A stretch of DNA of 64,000 nucleotides, from NCBI GenBank assembly GCA_021736705.1, contig JAIPFI010000001.1, positions 2,729-66,728 of the forward strand, written 5' to 3'. Made by a program: the position numbers and the translations under genes. This DNA is from Methylococcaceae bacterium. Lineage in GTDB: Bacteria; Pseudomonadota; Gammaproteobacteria; Methylococcales; Methylomonadaceae. A model generated the notes under the pieces. The model saw nothing but the letters and a program-made list of their open reading frames with translations, was not told the origin of the DNA and made no database searches. This document shows positions 49,769 to 61,461 of the stretch, piece by piece (the first letter of the stretch is position 1; every line of letters begins with the position of its first letter).

Positions 49769-50524
49769 ATGTTGTTAATACCCGCCATTGATTTAAAAGA
49801 TGGTAAATGTGTTCGTTTGCGTCAAGGACGTATGGAAGATGACACAGTATTTTCAGATAACCCTGTTGAAGTTGCAGGGCGTTGGGTGGCCGCAGGAGCA
49901 CGACGCATTCATTTGGTCGATTTAGATGGTGCTTTTGCTGGTAAACCAAAAAATGCTGATATTATTCATGAAATTGTTGCCGCTTATCCCGATGTACCCG
50001 TGCAAATTGGTGGTGGTATCCGTGATGAAGAAACGGTTATTGCCTATTTAGAGGCTGGTGTGCAATATGTCATTATTGGCACTAAAGCGGTAAGTGATCC
50101 TCTGTTTGTACGCGATCTCGCACTGGCTTACCCTGGGCATATTATTGTTGGTTTGGATGCCAAAGACGGCAAAGTGGCGGTTGACGGTTGGTCTAAGTTA
50201 TCTCGACATGATGTGATTGATATGGCGAAGAAATTTGAATCCTATGGCGTTGAGGCTATTATTTATACTGATATTTCTCGTGATGGCATGATGAATGGCG
50301 TTAACGTTGAAGCAACGGCAAAATTGGCTGCAGCTATTAATATTCCGGTCATCGCTTCAGGTGGTATTACCAATATGGACGATGTTAAAGCTTTAGCCGC
50401 TGCCGCAGAAGACGGTATCATGGGCGCTATTACCGGTCGTGCTATTTATGAAGGCACTTTAGATTTTGCTGACGCGGAGAAGTTAGCCCAATCTTTTCCT
50501 AAAGGTCATTATGAGTTTAGCTAA
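49769..50524 (+). CDS. hisA: ProFAR isomerase
   Basis: [31 protein letters not shown]. Confidence 0.98.
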   Translation: MLLIPAIDLKDGKCVRLRQGRMEDDTVFSDNPVEVAGRWVAAGARRIHLVDLDGAFAGKPKNADIIHEIVAAYPDVPVQIGGGIRDEETVIAYLEAGVQYVIIGTKAVSDPLFVRDLALAYPGHIIVGLDAKDGKVAVDGWSKLSRHDVIDMAKKFESYGVEAIIYTDISRDGMMNGVNVEATAKLAAAINIPVIASGGITNMDDVKALAAAAEDGIMGAITGRAIYEGTLDFADAEKLAQSFPKGHYEFS

Positions 50525-51287
50525 ACGGATCATCCCTTGTCTTGATGTTGATAATGGCCGAGTTGTTAAAGGCGTCAAGTTTGTTGACATTCGTGATGCA
50601 GGTGACCCTGTAGAGGTTGCTCGTCGATATGACCGCGAAGGCGCCGATGAAATTACCTTTTTGGATATTACTGCAACACATCATGATCGCGATACCATCG
50701 TACATGTGGTTGAGCAGGTTGCTAGTGAAGTATTTATACCTTTAACGGTCGGTGGCGGTATCAGAAAGTTAGAAGATATTCGACGTATGCTGAATGCCGG
50801 TGCGGATAAAGTCGGCATTAATAGTGCGGCTGTTTTTAATCCTGAATTTGTTCGTGAAGCCGCCGAGAAATTTGGCTCGCAATGTATTGTTGTGGCTATA
50901 GATGCCAAAAAAGTCAGTGGTGCAGGTGAAGCTAATCGTTGGGAGATTTTTACCCATGGAGGACGTAAAGAAACTGGGATTGATGCCATCGAATGGGCAA
51001 AGAAAATGGTTCGTTACGGAGCTGGTGAAATCTTATTAACGAGCATGGATCGAGATGGCACGCGTGAAGGGTTTGATTTGGATTTAACACGCGCTATTAG
51101 TGAAGCGGTTACTGTACCAGTGATTGCTTCTGGTGGTGTGGGTAATTTACAGCATTTAGCCGATGGTGTTACCAAAGGTAAAGCAGATGCGGTATTGGCG
51201 GCTAGTATTTTTCATTTCGCGGAATACAGTGTGCAAGAAGCTAAAGAACATATGGCAAGTCAAGGTATAGAGGTGCGTTTGACATGA
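50511..51287 (+). CDS. hisF: IGP synthase cyclase subunit
   Basis: [29 protein letters not shown]. Confidence 0.98.
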   Translation: MSLAKRIIPCLDVDNGRVVKGVKFVDIRDAGDPVEVARRYDREGADEITFLDITATHHDRDTIVHVVEQVASEVFIPLTVGGGIRKLEDIRRMLNAGADKVGINSAAVFNPEFVREAAEKFGSQCIVVAIDAKKVSGAGEANRWEIFTHGGRKETGIDAIEWAKKMVRYGAGEILLTSMDRDGTREGFDLDLTRAISEAVTVPVIASGGVGNLQHLADGVTKGKADAVLAASIFHFAEYSVQEAKEHMASQGIEVRLT

Positions 51288-51679
51288 GTTCTGCTAGTGC
51301 GTGGCTAGATGAAATTCGCTGGACGGATGATGGCTTAGTACCGGTTATCGTGCAACAAGCGGATACAGGAAAAGTCGTTATGTTTGCGTGGATGAATCGC
51401 GCGTCTTTAGCGCTGACTAATGAGTGTGGCTATGCGGTCTATTGGTCACGCTCACGTAATAAGTTATGGCGTAAAGGTGAAGAGTCAGGCAATAAACAGA
51501 AAGTTTTAGCTATTTCTTTAGATTGTGATGAGGATGTTATCTTGTTAAGTATAGAGCAAGAAGGCGGCATCTCTTGTCATACGGGTCGAGAAAGTTGTTT
51601 TTATCGGACTTTAGATGCGGGTGTTTGGCAAGAAAATGCGCCAGTATTAAAAGATCCTGCAGAAATGTATAAAACATAA
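51284..51679 (+). CDS. hisI: Phosphoribosyl-AMP cyclohydrolase
   Basis: YWSRSR..LW.KGE.SG, DCDED, CHTGR.SCF. Confidence 0.97.
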   Translation: MSSASAWLDEIRWTDDGLVPVIVQQADTGKVVMFAWMNRASLALTNECGYAVYWSRSRNKLWRKGEESGNKQKVLAISLDCDEDVILLSIEQEGGISCHTGRESCFYRTLDAGVWQENAPVLKDPAEMYKT

Positions 51680-51748
51680 TAGCTATTGTACAGTGGTGAA
51701 CTTTAGCCTGATAATGCAATTCTAATAGAATTTATGGAATATCCAAGC

Positions 51749-52066
51749 ATGAGCAAAGTATTAACAGAATTAGCAGCTATTTTAGAGCAGCGCAAACAAG
51801 AGTCTGCGGATAGTTCTTATGTAGCTAGTTTATATGCGAAAGGTTTAGATACTATTTTGAAAAAAATAGGTGAAGAAGCCACTGAGACGGTTATTGCAGC
51901 AAAAGGAGGTGATAAAAAACAGATTATTTATGAAACGGCTGATTTATGGTTTCATTGTATGGTTATGTTAGCGGACCAAGGATTAGGTCCTGACGATGTT
52001 CTAAATGAATTGCAACATCGCTTCGGCTTGTCTGGTTTAACAGAAAAAGCACAGCGCAATAAATAA
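51749..52066 (+). CDS. hisE: Phosphoribosyl-ATP pyrophosphatase
   Basis: [23 protein letters not shown]. Confidence 0.96.
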   Translation: MSKVLTELAAILEQRKQESADSSYVASLYAKGLDTILKKIGEEATETVIAAKGGDKKQIIYETADLWFHCMVMLADQGLGPDDVLNELQHRFGLSGLTEKAQRNK

Positions 52067-52090
52067 TATATAGCGTAAGGGGATTTTATT

Positions 52091-52306
52091 ATGGGCATCA
52101 GTGTTACTCAATTAGTGATTGTTTTAGTTATTGTTCTGGTTTTATTTGGCACTAAACGACTGCGTAATATGGGCGGTGATTTAGGCGGTGCAATTAAAGG
52201 CTTTCGTTCTGCTATTAAAGAGGGTGAGGAGGATAAAAACTTGTCAGATAAAGATGACGATGTGATTGATGTTGAAGTCACGGCCAAAGAAAAAGATAAA
52301 GTTTAA
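52091..52306 (+). CDS. tatA: Tat translocase subunit TatA
   Basis: [20 protein letters not shown]. Confidence 0.96.
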   Translation: MGISVTQLVIVLVIVLVLFGTKRLRNMGGDLGGAIKGFRSAIKEGEEDKNLSDKDDDVIDVEVTAKEKDKV

Positions 52307-52309
52307 TCT

Positions 52310-52615
52310 ATGTTTGATGTCGGATTTTGGGAGCTTTGTTTAGTTGGTGTTGTCAGTTTATTGGTTATAGGGCCAGAGAAATTGCCTAAGCTTGCTCGAA
52401 TTGTAGGTTTCTGGGTCGGTAAAACGCGCCATGTCGTTGCTTCTGTTAAAGAAGAGATTAAGGAAGAGCTAAAGGAAGAAGAATTAAGGCAGTTATTAAA
52501 AGAGCAGCAGGAGCAATTAGACGTCATGACAAAAGACTTGGATTTACATCAGCGAGCCGAGCATTTTTTAGATGCAAAAGATAACACGGATAAAAAACCA
52601 GATGTCGGCAAATGA
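52310..52615 (+). CDS. tatB: Tat translocase subunit TatB
   Basis: MFDVGFWEL...L.VIGPEKLP. Confidence 0.96.
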   Translation: MFDVGFWELCLVGVVSLLVIGPEKLPKLARIVGFWVGKTRHVVASVKEEIKEELKEEELRQLLKEQQEQLDVMTKDLDLHQRAEHFLDAKDNTDKKPDVGK

Positions 52616-53357
52616 TGAATTAGAGCAATCGTTTATCTCTCACCTTATAGAATTACGTAACCGCTTATTGCGCGTGGTACTTAGCGTGTTAGTGGTTTTT
52701 TTAGCAATGTCGCCCTTTGCTAATGAGATTTACCATTTTTTAGCGCAGCCACTCATGCATTTTTTGCCAGAAAATAGCTCAATGGTTGCCATTGATGTGG
52801 TTTCGCCATTTTTAACTCCGTTTAAATTGGTATTAGTAGCGGCAATATTTATTTCAGTGCCTATTATTTTGTATCAATTTTGGGCGTTTGTCGCCCCTGG
52901 GCTTTACTCTCATGAAAAGCGCATGATTGCGCCTTTATTAGTGGCGAGTACTGTATTATTCGCGCTAGGTATGATTTTTGCTTATTTCGTAGTCTTTCCC
53001 TTGGTCTTTGGCTTTTTAACCTCTGCCGCACCAGAAGGCGTTACAGTAATGACAGATATTGCTAAATATCTGGATTTTGTACTAACGATGTTTTTTGCCT
53101 TTGGGGTCGCTTTTGAAGTTCCTATTATCACCATTGTTTTGGTTTGGACTGGGGTTGTCACGCCGCATCAACTTGCAGATAAACGCCCCTATGTTATTGT
53201 CGGTGCTTTTATTATTGGCATGTTTTTAACGCCGCCTGATGCTATTTCTCAGACTTTGCTGGCAATACCTATTTGGTTGTTATTTGAAGTCGGCTTATTG
53301 TTTTCTCGTTTATTTGTTAGAAAAGGTGAGGGTAAGCGCATAGCTAAAGATAAGTAG
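52602..53357 (+). CDS. tatC: Tat translocase subunit TatC
   Basis: HLIELRNRL, FVAPGLY..EK, FEVP, TPPD..SQ. Confidence 0.97.
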   Translation: MSANDELEQSFISHLIELRNRLLRVVLSVLVVFLAMSPFANEIYHFLAQPLMHFLPENSSMVAIDVVSPFLTPFKLVLVAAIFISVPIILYQFWAFVAPGLYSHEKRMIAPLLVASTVLFALGMIFAYFVVFPLVFGFLTSAAPEGVTVMTDIAKYLDFVLTMFFAFGVAFEVPIITIVLVWTGVVTPHQLADKRPYVIVGAFIIGMFLTPPDAISQTLLAIPIWLLFEVGLLFSRLFVRKGEGKRIAKDK

Positions 53358-53558
53358 AGCTTGCCTTTTAGCCCGTCTTTGATTAGTTTTTCTGTATGTT
53401 CTCGGGTTGTGGTCGCGCCCAATCGTATATTCTTAAAGTATTTACGACGTATCGCATTGCTCAATGTATCTCTGCTATCGCACGATAAAGCTTACTGAGC
53501 ATATATCGCTGTATTTTAGTATTCCGAATTATGTATTTAGCTTATAAATTCTCTGCGC

Positions 53559-55223
53559 TTATATAAACAATAAAATGAGTACCTGGCTGACGATAATTCT
53601 TAAAATCATCACTAAGGGATAAACGGTCGCGTAACTGGTCGCTACCGCAGAAGAGGAGGAGTTTAATGCATTGGCAAAAGCAAGCGCCGGTGGATCGGTC
53701 ATGCTACCAGCCAATAATCCGCATAGGGATAAAAAGTTTATTTTATAAAAATAACGAGCAATAAAAGCAACTAAAATTAGCGGGCTTAAGGTAATAAACA
53801 TCGCGCAAAACATCCAATAAAAACCATCACCTTCCGTTAGCGTTTTAACAAAATGGTCGCCTGAATATAAGCCTACGCAAGCTAGAAACAGCACAATGCC
53901 GATGTCTTTTAAAATAAGGTTAGAGCTTTTGGGTAAGTGCCAACTCATGGTGCCCCAGCTAGGAATTTGGCTGAGTAAAATGGCGACAATTAAAGGGCCG
54001 CCGGCTAAGCCAAGCTTAATAGCTGATGGAATGCCTGGGAAAAAAAATGGCCAGCTACCCAAGATTACGCCTAATGTTATGCCGATAAAAATAGGGATAA
54101 TTTGTGGGGTATTGAGGGTTTCTATGGAATTGCCTAAAACAGTGGTAATTTCTTCTAATGCTTCTTTACTAGCTACAACATATAACTCATCACCAAAATG
54201 CACGCGAGTTGCGTTATGCGGCACAAATTCAATTTCAGGGCGGTGTATCCGTGAAATGATAATACCGTAAAAAGTATGCAGTTCACCTACGCTTTTACCT
54301 ATAGCTTCTTTGTTGGTGACAATAATTCGTTTACTGTGCAAAATATCGGAAAAACTATTTAATTCTTGTTCTGAGATCGGGCCTATTAGCATCTTAATTT
54401 TATTTAAATCGCTGTGCGTACCAACTAGGCGAATGGAATCACCTAAGGCAAATTGTGTGTCATTAGTAACAAGATTGACCGTGCCGTTGTGTAGAATGCG
54501 TGTAACAATCACGTTCATGGCGTCAAAGAATGGGATTTCAGCAATCGTTAGGCCATTGATATTGGGGTTTTCAATACGCAGATCTTTCCATATAGGATGT
54601 TGGGTATTTTGTTGTTGAAATTTTAGAAAAGCGTCAGCTTCATCGCTAATGTTTATTTTGAATAAGCGCTTAATGAATAGCATGGAAAGAATGATACCGA
54701 TTATGCCAAATGGATAAGCGACAGCATAACCTAGGCCGGGCATTTTTAAGGCCTCAGTATCAATGTTAGGTATATGTGCGAATACTTCTTGTGCGGCAGC
54801 TAGTGCGGGGGTATTCGTCGTTGCTCCTGCGAATAGACCAACAGCAACAGTAATATCAATAGCACCGAAATGGATAATAGCAACAGTAATAAGTGCGCCG
54901 AGCAGCACAATGCTGGCGGCCATGATGTTTAGTTGTACGCCGTTGTGCAAAAAAGAGTTAACAAAGCCAGGGCCGACTTGTAATCCAATGGCATAGACAA
55001 ACAGAATAAGCCCAAATTCACGCAGGAAATGCATGATATGTGGATCTATTGTGATATTGAAATGACCAAAGGCAAGGCCGGAAAAAAGTACGCCAGCAAT
55101 GCCGAGGCGGATATTAAAAAAAGGAATTTGTCCGAAGGCTAAACCTATGGAAATAACTAAGCTAATAATGAGTAATGAATGAGGAACTGAAGGCTCGGTA
55201 ATTAGTTGGTAAAGCCAATTCAT
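53559..55223 (-). CDS. AspT/YidE/YbjL-family transporter with two TrkA-C domains
   Basis: GLILFVY.IGL..GPGF, GATTNTPAL, GYAVAYPFG, GSMTDPPALAFA, YATVYP. Confidence 0.9.
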   Translation of the reverse strand: MNWLYQLITEPSVPHSLLIISLVISIGLAFGQIPFFNIRLGIAGVLFSGLAFGHFNITIDPHIMHFLREFGLILFVYAIGLQVGPGFVNSFLHNGVQLNIMAASIVLLGALITVAIIHFGAIDITVAVGLFAGATTNTPALAAAQEVFAHIPNIDTEALKMPGLGYAVAYPFGIIGIILSMLFIKRLFKINISDEADAFLKFQQQNTQHPIWKDLRIENPNINGLTIAEIPFFDAMNVIVTRILHNGTVNLVTNDTQFALGDSIRLVGTHSDLNKIKMLIGPISEQELNSFSDILHSKRIIVTNKEAIGKSVGELHTFYGIIISRIHRPEIEFVPHNATRVHFGDELYVVASKEALEEITTVLGNSIETLNTPQIIPIFIGITLGVILGSWPFFFPGIPSAIKLGLAGGPLIVAILLSQIPSWGTMSWHLPKSSNLILKDIGIVLFLACVGLYSGDHFVKTLTEGDGFYWMFCAMFITLSPLILVAFIARYFYKINFLSLCGLLAGSMTDPPALAFANALNSSSSAVATSYATVYPLVMILRIIVSQVLILLFI

Positions 55224-55237
55224 TATGGATTAATTAT

Positions 55238-55657
55238 CTAGATTAAGTTGAGAGAGACTTCAATGAATTGGCACTTATCTATTAAGTAGCCGCGTATTTC
55301 TAGAATGCCTTTAATATTGAGAGAAATAATCAAGTAGAGAGCTTCAGGATAGTTCGCTTGCGTTAAGTCAGTATTTGAAGGAATGGCAGGTGCTGTTGGG
55401 TGTGAATGATAGATAGCGAACAATTGTTCATTATTATCACGCATCTTCGCCATGGCTTGAATTTGTTGCTGGGCATCTAAGGTAAAAAATTTTGAAGGTT
55501 TTGGTGAGGTGTTTTTAATGGGGTAGCTGCGATAGGGCATATTATCAAGGCTACTGACTAGACCACAGACTTCTTGATCGGGTGTTTGTTGTGCATGGTG
55601 CAATAAATTTTGCACGATTTTTCTAGGAATCGCAATTTCAGTGATTTTTTCTGTCAT
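55238..55657 (-). CDS. JAB/MPN+ (M67) metallopeptidase
   Basis: EVCG and HSHP...PS..D JAMM motif. Confidence 0.92.
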   Translation of the reverse strand: MTEKITEIAIPRKIVQNLLHHAQQTPDQEVCGLVSSLDNMPYRSYPIKNTSPKPSKFFTLDAQQQIQAMAKMRDNNEQLFAIYHSHPTAPAIPSNTDLTQANYPEALYLIISLNIKGILEIRGYLIDKCQFIEVSLNLI

Positions 55658-55677
55658 GGGAATTATGCTGTTTTAAG

Positions 55678-56520
55678 TTAGAATAGCCATTGAGCGTAGC
55701 TGACGCGTGGGTGTCCCGATAAGTCGTGTACGCATTGAATGTTTTGATATTGGTGCTGCTCAAGTATGTTATGTACTGCTTGTTTTTGATCGTAACCATG
55801 CTCAAAAATAAGGTAGCCGCCATAATGTAGATATTGCTGACTTTGTTGGCTAATCTCAATAATGTCTTGTAAGCCGTGTTGCTCTGCAATAAGGGCGCTA
55901 TTTGGCTCAAAGCGCACATCACCTTTATTTAAGTGTGGGTCATTTACATCTATATAGGGTGGATTGCTGGCAATGAAATCGAATTTTTCTTGGGCTACTT
56001 GAGCCAGCCAATTGCTGTTTAGAAAGCGAATATTTGCCGTATGATTTAGCTGGGCGTTACTTTGGGCAATAGCGAGTGCTTTTGCGCTACTATCGACAGC
56101 AGTGACTTTAAGTTGCGGGCATTCGGCGGCTAGCGTAATGGCGATAATGCCTGAGCCAGTGCCTAAATCAATCAGTTTCGCATCAGGCTTAGATTCAATC
56201 AATTGTAAGCAGACTTCGATTAATGTTTCTGTGTCTGGACGTGGAATTAATACACTGGGATTTACCTTGAAATCACGCGACCAAAATTCTCGAGTGCCAG
56301 TAATATAGGCAATCGGTTGTCCTTGTTGGCGCTGTTCAAGTAAGTGTGAGAATTGCCCTAATTGTTCATTGCTAAGTTGCTTTTCTGGCCAAGTGCGTAG
56401 ATAGCTGCGATTTTTTTCTAGTACGTGGCACAGTAAGACTTCTGCATCTAAGAGCGCTGAATCAGAAATGGCTTGCAAGGTGCTAGCAGAGCGTGCCAGC
56501 ACAGAGTGAATATCTTGCAT
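55678..56520 (-). CDS. prmC: Release factor glutamine methyltransferase
   Basis: LIPRPDTE, DLGTGSG, SNPPY, EHGYDQ. Confidence 0.97.
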   Translation of the reverse strand: MQDIHSVLARSASTLQAISDSALLDAEVLLCHVLEKNRSYLRTWPEKQLSNEQLGQFSHLLEQRQQGQPIAYITGTREFWSRDFKVNPSVLIPRPDTETLIEVCLQLIESKPDAKLIDLGTGSGIIAITLAAECPQLKVTAVDSSAKALAIAQSNAQLNHTANIRFLNSNWLAQVAQEKFDFIASNPPYIDVNDPHLNKGDVRFEPNSALIAEQHGLQDIIEISQQSQQYLHYGGYLIFEHGYDQKQAVHNILEQHQYQNIQCVHDLSGHPRVSYAQWLF

Positions 56521-56525
56521 GTTAC

Positions 56526-57614
56526 TTAGCCTTCTTCACCTAATTGAGTGAGTAATTCAGCTTGGTGCTCACTAATAAGCGGTTGAATGACATGACTAAG
56601 GGCGCCTTGCATAATCTCATCTAGTTTGTACAGGGTGAGGTTAATGCGGTGATCTGTGATGCGACCTTGAGGGTAATTATAAGTACGAATACGTTCAGAG
56701 CGATCGCCACTGCCTACTTGTAATTTTCTATTTTCAGAGTTTTCTGCGTGTTGTTTTTCTTGTTCAGCTGAGAGTAGGCGTGATTGTAATACCGACATCG
56801 CTTGCGCTTTATTTTTATGTTGTGAACGCTGATCTTGGCATTCTACGACAGTTCCCGTAGGTATGTGGGTAATACGCACCGCTGAGTCAGTTTTATTGAC
56901 GTGCTGTCCACCTGCGCCTGATGAGCGAAAGGTATCTATGCGCAGATCGCTGGGGTTAATATCGATATTATCAACTTCAGTGGCTTCTGGCATGATGGCG
57001 ACGGTACATGCGGAGGTGTGTACGCGGCCTTGTGATTCAGTCTCCGGTACGCGCTGTACACGGTGTACGCCCGCTTCAAACTTAAGCTGGGAATAAACGT
57101 CTTGACCGGCAATACGTAAGATAATTTCTTTATAGCCTCCGTGCTCACCGCGCGTTTCACTTGCTGTTTCTATTTGCCAGCCTTGGTTTTCAGCATAACG
57201 CATATACATGCGTGCTAAATCACCGGAGAAAAGTGCGGCTTCATCGCCACCTGTTCCCGCACGAATTTCCATGTAGATATTGCGATTATCATTAGGATCG
57301 CGAGGTAATAGTAAGATTTGTAAATCTTGCTCAATTTTCTTTTGTTGTTGCTCGGTATCGGCAATTTCTTCTTTTGCCATTGCGCGTATTTCGGCGTCAT
57401 CCTCATTAAGCATCTCTTGTGCCGCGCTGATAGCGTCTTCGGTTGTGGAGAATTTTTTATAGCATTCAACAAGTGGCGTTATTTGCGAATATTCTTGGCT
57501 TAGCGTGCGAAATTTATTTTGATCGCTTTGTATTTCAGGTTGAGAGAGTAGGGCGGCAATTTCATCAAAACGATCCGCTAGGTTTTCTAATTTGTTTTTT
57601 ATCGAGGGTTTCAT
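56526..57614 (-). CDS. prfA: Peptide chain release factor 1
   Basis: GTGGDEA, VPETE (PxT), [15 protein letters not shown]. Confidence 0.98.
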   Translation of the reverse strand: MKPSIKNKLENLADRFDEIAALLSQPEIQSDQNKFRTLSQEYSQITPLVECYKKFSTTEDAISAAQEMLNEDDAEIRAMAKEEIADTEQQQKKIEQDLQILLLPRDPNDNRNIYMEIRAGTGGDEAALFSGDLARMYMRYAENQGWQIETASETRGEHGGYKEIILRIAGQDVYSQLKFEAGVHRVQRVPETESQGRVHTSACTVAIMPEATEVDNIDINPSDLRIDTFRSSGAGGQHVNKTDSAVRITHIPTGTVVECQDQRSQHKNKAQAMSVLQSRLLSAEQEKQHAENSENRKLQVGSGDRSERIRTYNYPQGRITDHRINLTLYKLDEIMQGALSHVIQPLISEHQAELLTQLGEEG

Positions 57615-57622
57615 TGCTGGTT

Positions 57623-58870
57623 CTATAGTTTGAATATTTCGCGCGCAGCAGCAATCAGGTCATGGCGATCATTTTGGCTGGCTTTGCGTAATTGGGTGCA
57701 GGGTGCATGCGTTAATTTATTGGTTAGCGTATGTGCCAATTGCTGCATAATTTGCTCAGGGTTTCCGCCGTTTTGTAGCGCGGATAGCGCTTTAGTTAAG
57801 CTTTCTTGTTGTAATTTTTCCGCTTGTTGGCGGTAATCAACAATCGTTGATTGCACAGTTTGTACTTTCATCCAAGATAGAAAATGTTCGACATTGGTAT
57901 CGATGATTTCCTCTGCTTGTTCTGCGGCTTCGCGACGAGAATTAAGGTTGTCGTTAATAATGTTTTGTAAGTCATCGACTGTATAAAGGTACACATCATT
58001 GAGGTTTTTAACTTCTGGCTCAATATCGCGAGGCACGGCAAGATCAACCATAAAAATAGGTTTATGTTTGCGTTTTTTGATGGCGCTTTCTACTAAACCT
58101 TTGCCTAAAATCGGCAATTGGCTTGCTGTGGAGGAAACGATAATGTCTGCTTCTGCAATATGCAATGGTAATTCCGATAGTGCAATAGCGTAGCCATTAA
58201 ATTGGCTGGCAAGTGCGTGTGCTTTATCGTAAGTACGGTTGGCAATGATAATCCGGCCTATGCCATTTTGATGTAAATGTCGCGCAGTGAGTTCGATTGT
58301 TTCGCCCGCGCCGATTAAAACTGCGGTTTGTTCGCTAAGATTGTCAAAAATCTGTTTGCTTAGTTGTACGGCAGCAAAGGCGACGGAAACTGAGCTAGAG
58401 CCAATAGCCGTGTCGGTACGAACTTTTTTTGCAGTAGAAAAGGTGTGTTGAAATAACTTTTCTAGATCTTTGCCTAAAGTGCCTGCTTGACTAGCTGTTT
58501 GGTAGGCGGTTTTCATTTGGCCTAGAATTTGAGGCTCGCCTAAAATCATTGACTCAAGACCGCTGGCAACACGAAACATATGGCGGATAAAAGCATTGTC
58601 GGAGTGTGCGTATAAATAGGGTTGAAACTCAGCTTGTTTGAGTTGGCGATTGTGAGCAATCCAATTAACTAAAGGTGCAATATCATTGCCTTGAGTTGCG
58701 CAGTAAATTTCGGTGCGATTACATGTCGATAAAATGGCAGCTTCGGATATATATTGTTGCTGCCAGAGTTCTTTGACAGCATCGCTCAATATTTCAGTAG
58801 GGAACGCAAGGCGTTCTCGGATTGAAACAGGCGCTGTTGTATAATTAATACCTAATGCGAGAAGTGTCAT
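57623..58870 (-). CDS. hemA: Glutamyl-tRNA reductase
   Basis: [26 protein letters not shown]. Confidence 0.98.
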   Translation of the reverse strand: MTLLALGINYTTAPVSIRERLAFPTEILSDAVKELWQQQYISEAAILSTCNRTEIYCATQGNDIAPLVNWIAHNRQLKQAEFQPYLYAHSDNAFIRHMFRVASGLESMILGEPQILGQMKTAYQTASQAGTLGKDLEKLFQHTFSTAKKVRTDTAIGSSSVSVAFAAVQLSKQIFDNLSEQTAVLIGAGETIELTARHLHQNGIGRIIIANRTYDKAHALASQFNGYAIALSELPLHIAEADIIVSSTASQLPILGKGLVESAIKKRKHKPIFMVDLAVPRDIEPEVKNLNDVYLYTVDDLQNIINDNLNSRREAAEQAEEIIDTNVEHFLSWMKVQTVQSTIVDYRQQAEKLQQESLTKALSALQNGGNPEQIMQQLAHTLTNKLTHAPCTQLRKASQNDRHDLIAAAREIFKL

Positions 58871-59161
58871 TTATGCCGGTTTTTTTCAAAGTTAGCGGGT
58901 AGACTTGAAATCATGATTCAATAGTCTATTCTAAGGAACTTTATTGGTTTAGCCAAATGGAATAAATCATTGGATCCGTTTATTAAATTATAAAACTTTT
59001 GGGAACTTGGATGGAAATCCGTGTTTGTTTGGATTTAAGCGTTATATAAAGTTGCTTAGTTGTTTGTATAATAGGCAAAATAAATCTAAAGCTAGGTCGT
59101 TGGCTCGGTTTTTTATGCAGCGGTTTTTAGATTATGGCAATTCAAAATTGAGGAAATTTCA

Positions 59162-60901
59162 TTGATAGTTTTAAAGGTAGTAACGATTGTTGGTGCATTA
59201 ATGCTAGCTGCTTGTACAACTCTGCAATCAGGGAGTCAGCTTGGAGGGGAGAAAAAAGAAGCGTCAGAGCTTGCTTTGCAAACTGTACTGAATGAGGCTC
59301 CTGAGATAAAGACCGCAATTGCCCCAGATGTTTTGTTTTTGCTGATGACGGCAGAGATTGCAGGGCAGCGTGGCCAGTATGGGGTGGCGTTAGATGGTTA
59401 TTTGCGTGCGGCAAATAAAGTTAAAGATCCTGAAGTTATTAAGCGTGCTGCTAAAATTGCCTTGTATTTACAGGATGAAGCTAAGTTAGAGCAGTCTTTA
59501 GCGTTATGGATGGAGGTTGAGCCAAATAGTCTGGAGGCGCGTTACTTGCTGGCGGTTGCTGCAATTAAGTCAGGCAATAAGTCACTTGCAATCGAAAGTT
59601 TTGATTTTGTCCTTACTAAAGATGCTAGTGATTTTGATAATAACGCGTTAGTTATGCTTAAGGGTTTGCAGAAGCAATCAGAGCTAAATTTGGCTTATCA
59701 GGTCTTTGAAGCGTTAAGTATTAAATACCCTGACAATGCTAAATTATATTTTGTGCAAGCCTTAATGGATGCTCAGAATAAGCGCAATAGGCAGGCGCAG
59801 CTAAAAGTTTCGCAAGTGTTGGCGCTTGAGCCTAATTGGATAAAGGCTTTATTGTTGCAGGCTCAGCTTTATATTGCTCAGGGAGCGTTGTTTGAAGCAA
59901 CTGATTTTTTACAGCGCGCAGACAAGGAGGAACCCCGTGCAGAGATAAAGGAGCAGATAGCGCAATTATTAATGCAGCAGAGTCGATTTTCTGAGGCGCA
60001 AGAAGTATTGCAAGAGTTGATTGCGCAAACGCCTGAAAATAATGAATTGAAATTCAAGTTAGCTTTGATCTATTTGCAAATAGATAAGGAAAAAGAGGCG
60101 CGAGTTATTTTAGAGGCTTTGGTTGGCGAACCTGCGTACCGAGACCGATCTGCATTTTACTTAGGTAGAATGGATGCTAAGGCAAGGCGCGCGAACGAAG
60201 CATTGCTATGGTTTGATATTATTGGAGTAGAGCCCTATAAGTATGAAGCGGGGGTTAGTGCAACTTTAATTTTAATGGACGAGCAACGCTTTGAAGATGC
60301 GCTCCTTAGAGTGCAGCGCATGCAGACTGAGTACCCACAGAAAAAAAGTGATTTAGTGCTGATTGAGTCGGAAATTTATAGTCAAATGCAATCTTATGTA
60401 AAAGCATTTGATGTATTGACTGGAGCGCTGTTGGGGGACGCTGATAATCACAAAATTCTTTATGCGCGAGCATTGATTGCTGAGAAGCTGGGTAAGTTGC
60501 AGGTTCTTGAAGAAGACTTAAAATATATTTTGGAGAAAAATCCTGATGATGTCAGTGCCTTGAATGCATTAGGGTATACCTTGGTAGATAAAACCAGTCG
60601 GTATGTAGAGGCTAAGATCTATTTGGATAAGGCAATAGCGCTAAAGCCAAATGACGCAATCATTATGGATAGTTATGGCTGGTTATTATTTAAGTTAAAT
60701 AAAGTGCCAGAGGCATATCAATATTTGCAGCGCGCATATGACTTGGAGCCACAAGCTGAAATAGCTGCGCATTTAGTGGAAGTTTTATGGCTTATGGGGA
60801 GACTGGAGGAGGCGCGAGTTGTTTTGTCTGATGCACTGAAAAGGAATCCTAGTGACGGCTTGCTAGTTGAGGTTAAAAAGCGTTTATTTGGTAATAATTA
60901 A
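59162..60901 (+). CDS. TPR-repeat lipoprotein of the hemA-lolB locus
   Basis: Lipobox LAAC; TPR helices; ALNALGYTL, DSYGW, EIAAHL.EVLW. Confidence 0.9.
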   Translation: MIVLKVVTIVGALMLAACTTLQSGSQLGGEKKEASELALQTVLNEAPEIKTAIAPDVLFLLMTAEIAGQRGQYGVALDGYLRAANKVKDPEVIKRAAKIALYLQDEAKLEQSLALWMEVEPNSLEARYLLAVAAIKSGNKSLAIESFDFVLTKDASDFDNNALVMLKGLQKQSELNLAYQVFEALSIKYPDNAKLYFVQALMDAQNKRNRQAQLKVSQVLALEPNWIKALLLQAQLYIAQGALFEATDFLQRADKEEPRAEIKEQIAQLLMQQSRFSEAQEVLQELIAQTPENNELKFKLALIYLQIDKEKEARVILEALVGEPAYRDRSAFYLGRMDAKARRANEALLWFDIIGVEPYKYEAGVSATLILMDEQRFEDALLRVQRMQTEYPQKKSDLVLIESEIYSQMQSYVKAFDVLTGALLGDADNHKILYARALIAEKLGKLQVLEEDLKYILEKNPDDVSALNALGYTLVDKTSRYVEAKIYLDKAIALKPNDAIIMDSYGWLLFKLNKVPEAYQYLQRAYDLEPQAEIAAHLVEVLWLMGRLEEARVVLSDALKRNPSDGLLVEVKKRLFGNN

Positions 60902-61461
60902 TGTCTAAGGTTTTAGTTGGACTGATTATGTTGCTCGGTTTAGTTGCTTGTTCATCAATAAATACTTATGAAGTGAGTTCAGATGTATTGAAGAACAGAA
61001 CGGTTAGTAATTTATCTGTATGGGCAATGGATGGGCGTTTGTTGATTAAAGGGCAGGATGTCATGAGCGCAAATATTAACTGGCAGCATACGCCGAGAAT
61101 GGATAGATTGAAGCTTGCAGGTACTCTTGGTTTAGGTGCTATCTATATTGAGCTAAACGAGCAGGGTATACTTATTGATAAGGGGCAGGGAGATAGGTAT
61201 TATTCACCTGATGTAGATAAGTTTATAGCACAGCAAATAGGTTTTGTCGTGCCAATAACGGCTTTGCGTCAATGGGTTGTTGGCGTGCCACTCGAAGGTG
61301 TTCCGGTTGCATGGTTTGATGACGGTTTTGAGCAATTGGGTTGGCGTGTAACTTATGGTGAATATATGAGAGCTTCGATAGGTGGAATGCCGCATAAGCT
61401 TAGAATTGTAAAAGATAAAATTAATTTGAAATTAGTTGTAGATAAGTGGGAACTTGAATGA
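60901..61461 (+). CDS. lolB: Outer-membrane lipoprotein insertase LolB
   Basis: Lipobox LVAC, W..DGR, P..ALRQWV.G.P, QLGW.V.Y; synteny before ispE. Confidence 0.9.
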   Translation: MSKVLVGLIMLLGLVACSSINTYEVSSDVLKNRTVSNLSVWAMDGRLLIKGQDVMSANINWQHTPRMDRLKLAGTLGLGAIYIELNEQGILIDKGQGDRYYSPDVDKFIAQQIGFVVPITALRQWVVGVPLEGVPVAWFDDGFEQLGWRVTYGEYMRASIGGMPHKLRIVKDKINLKLVVDKWELE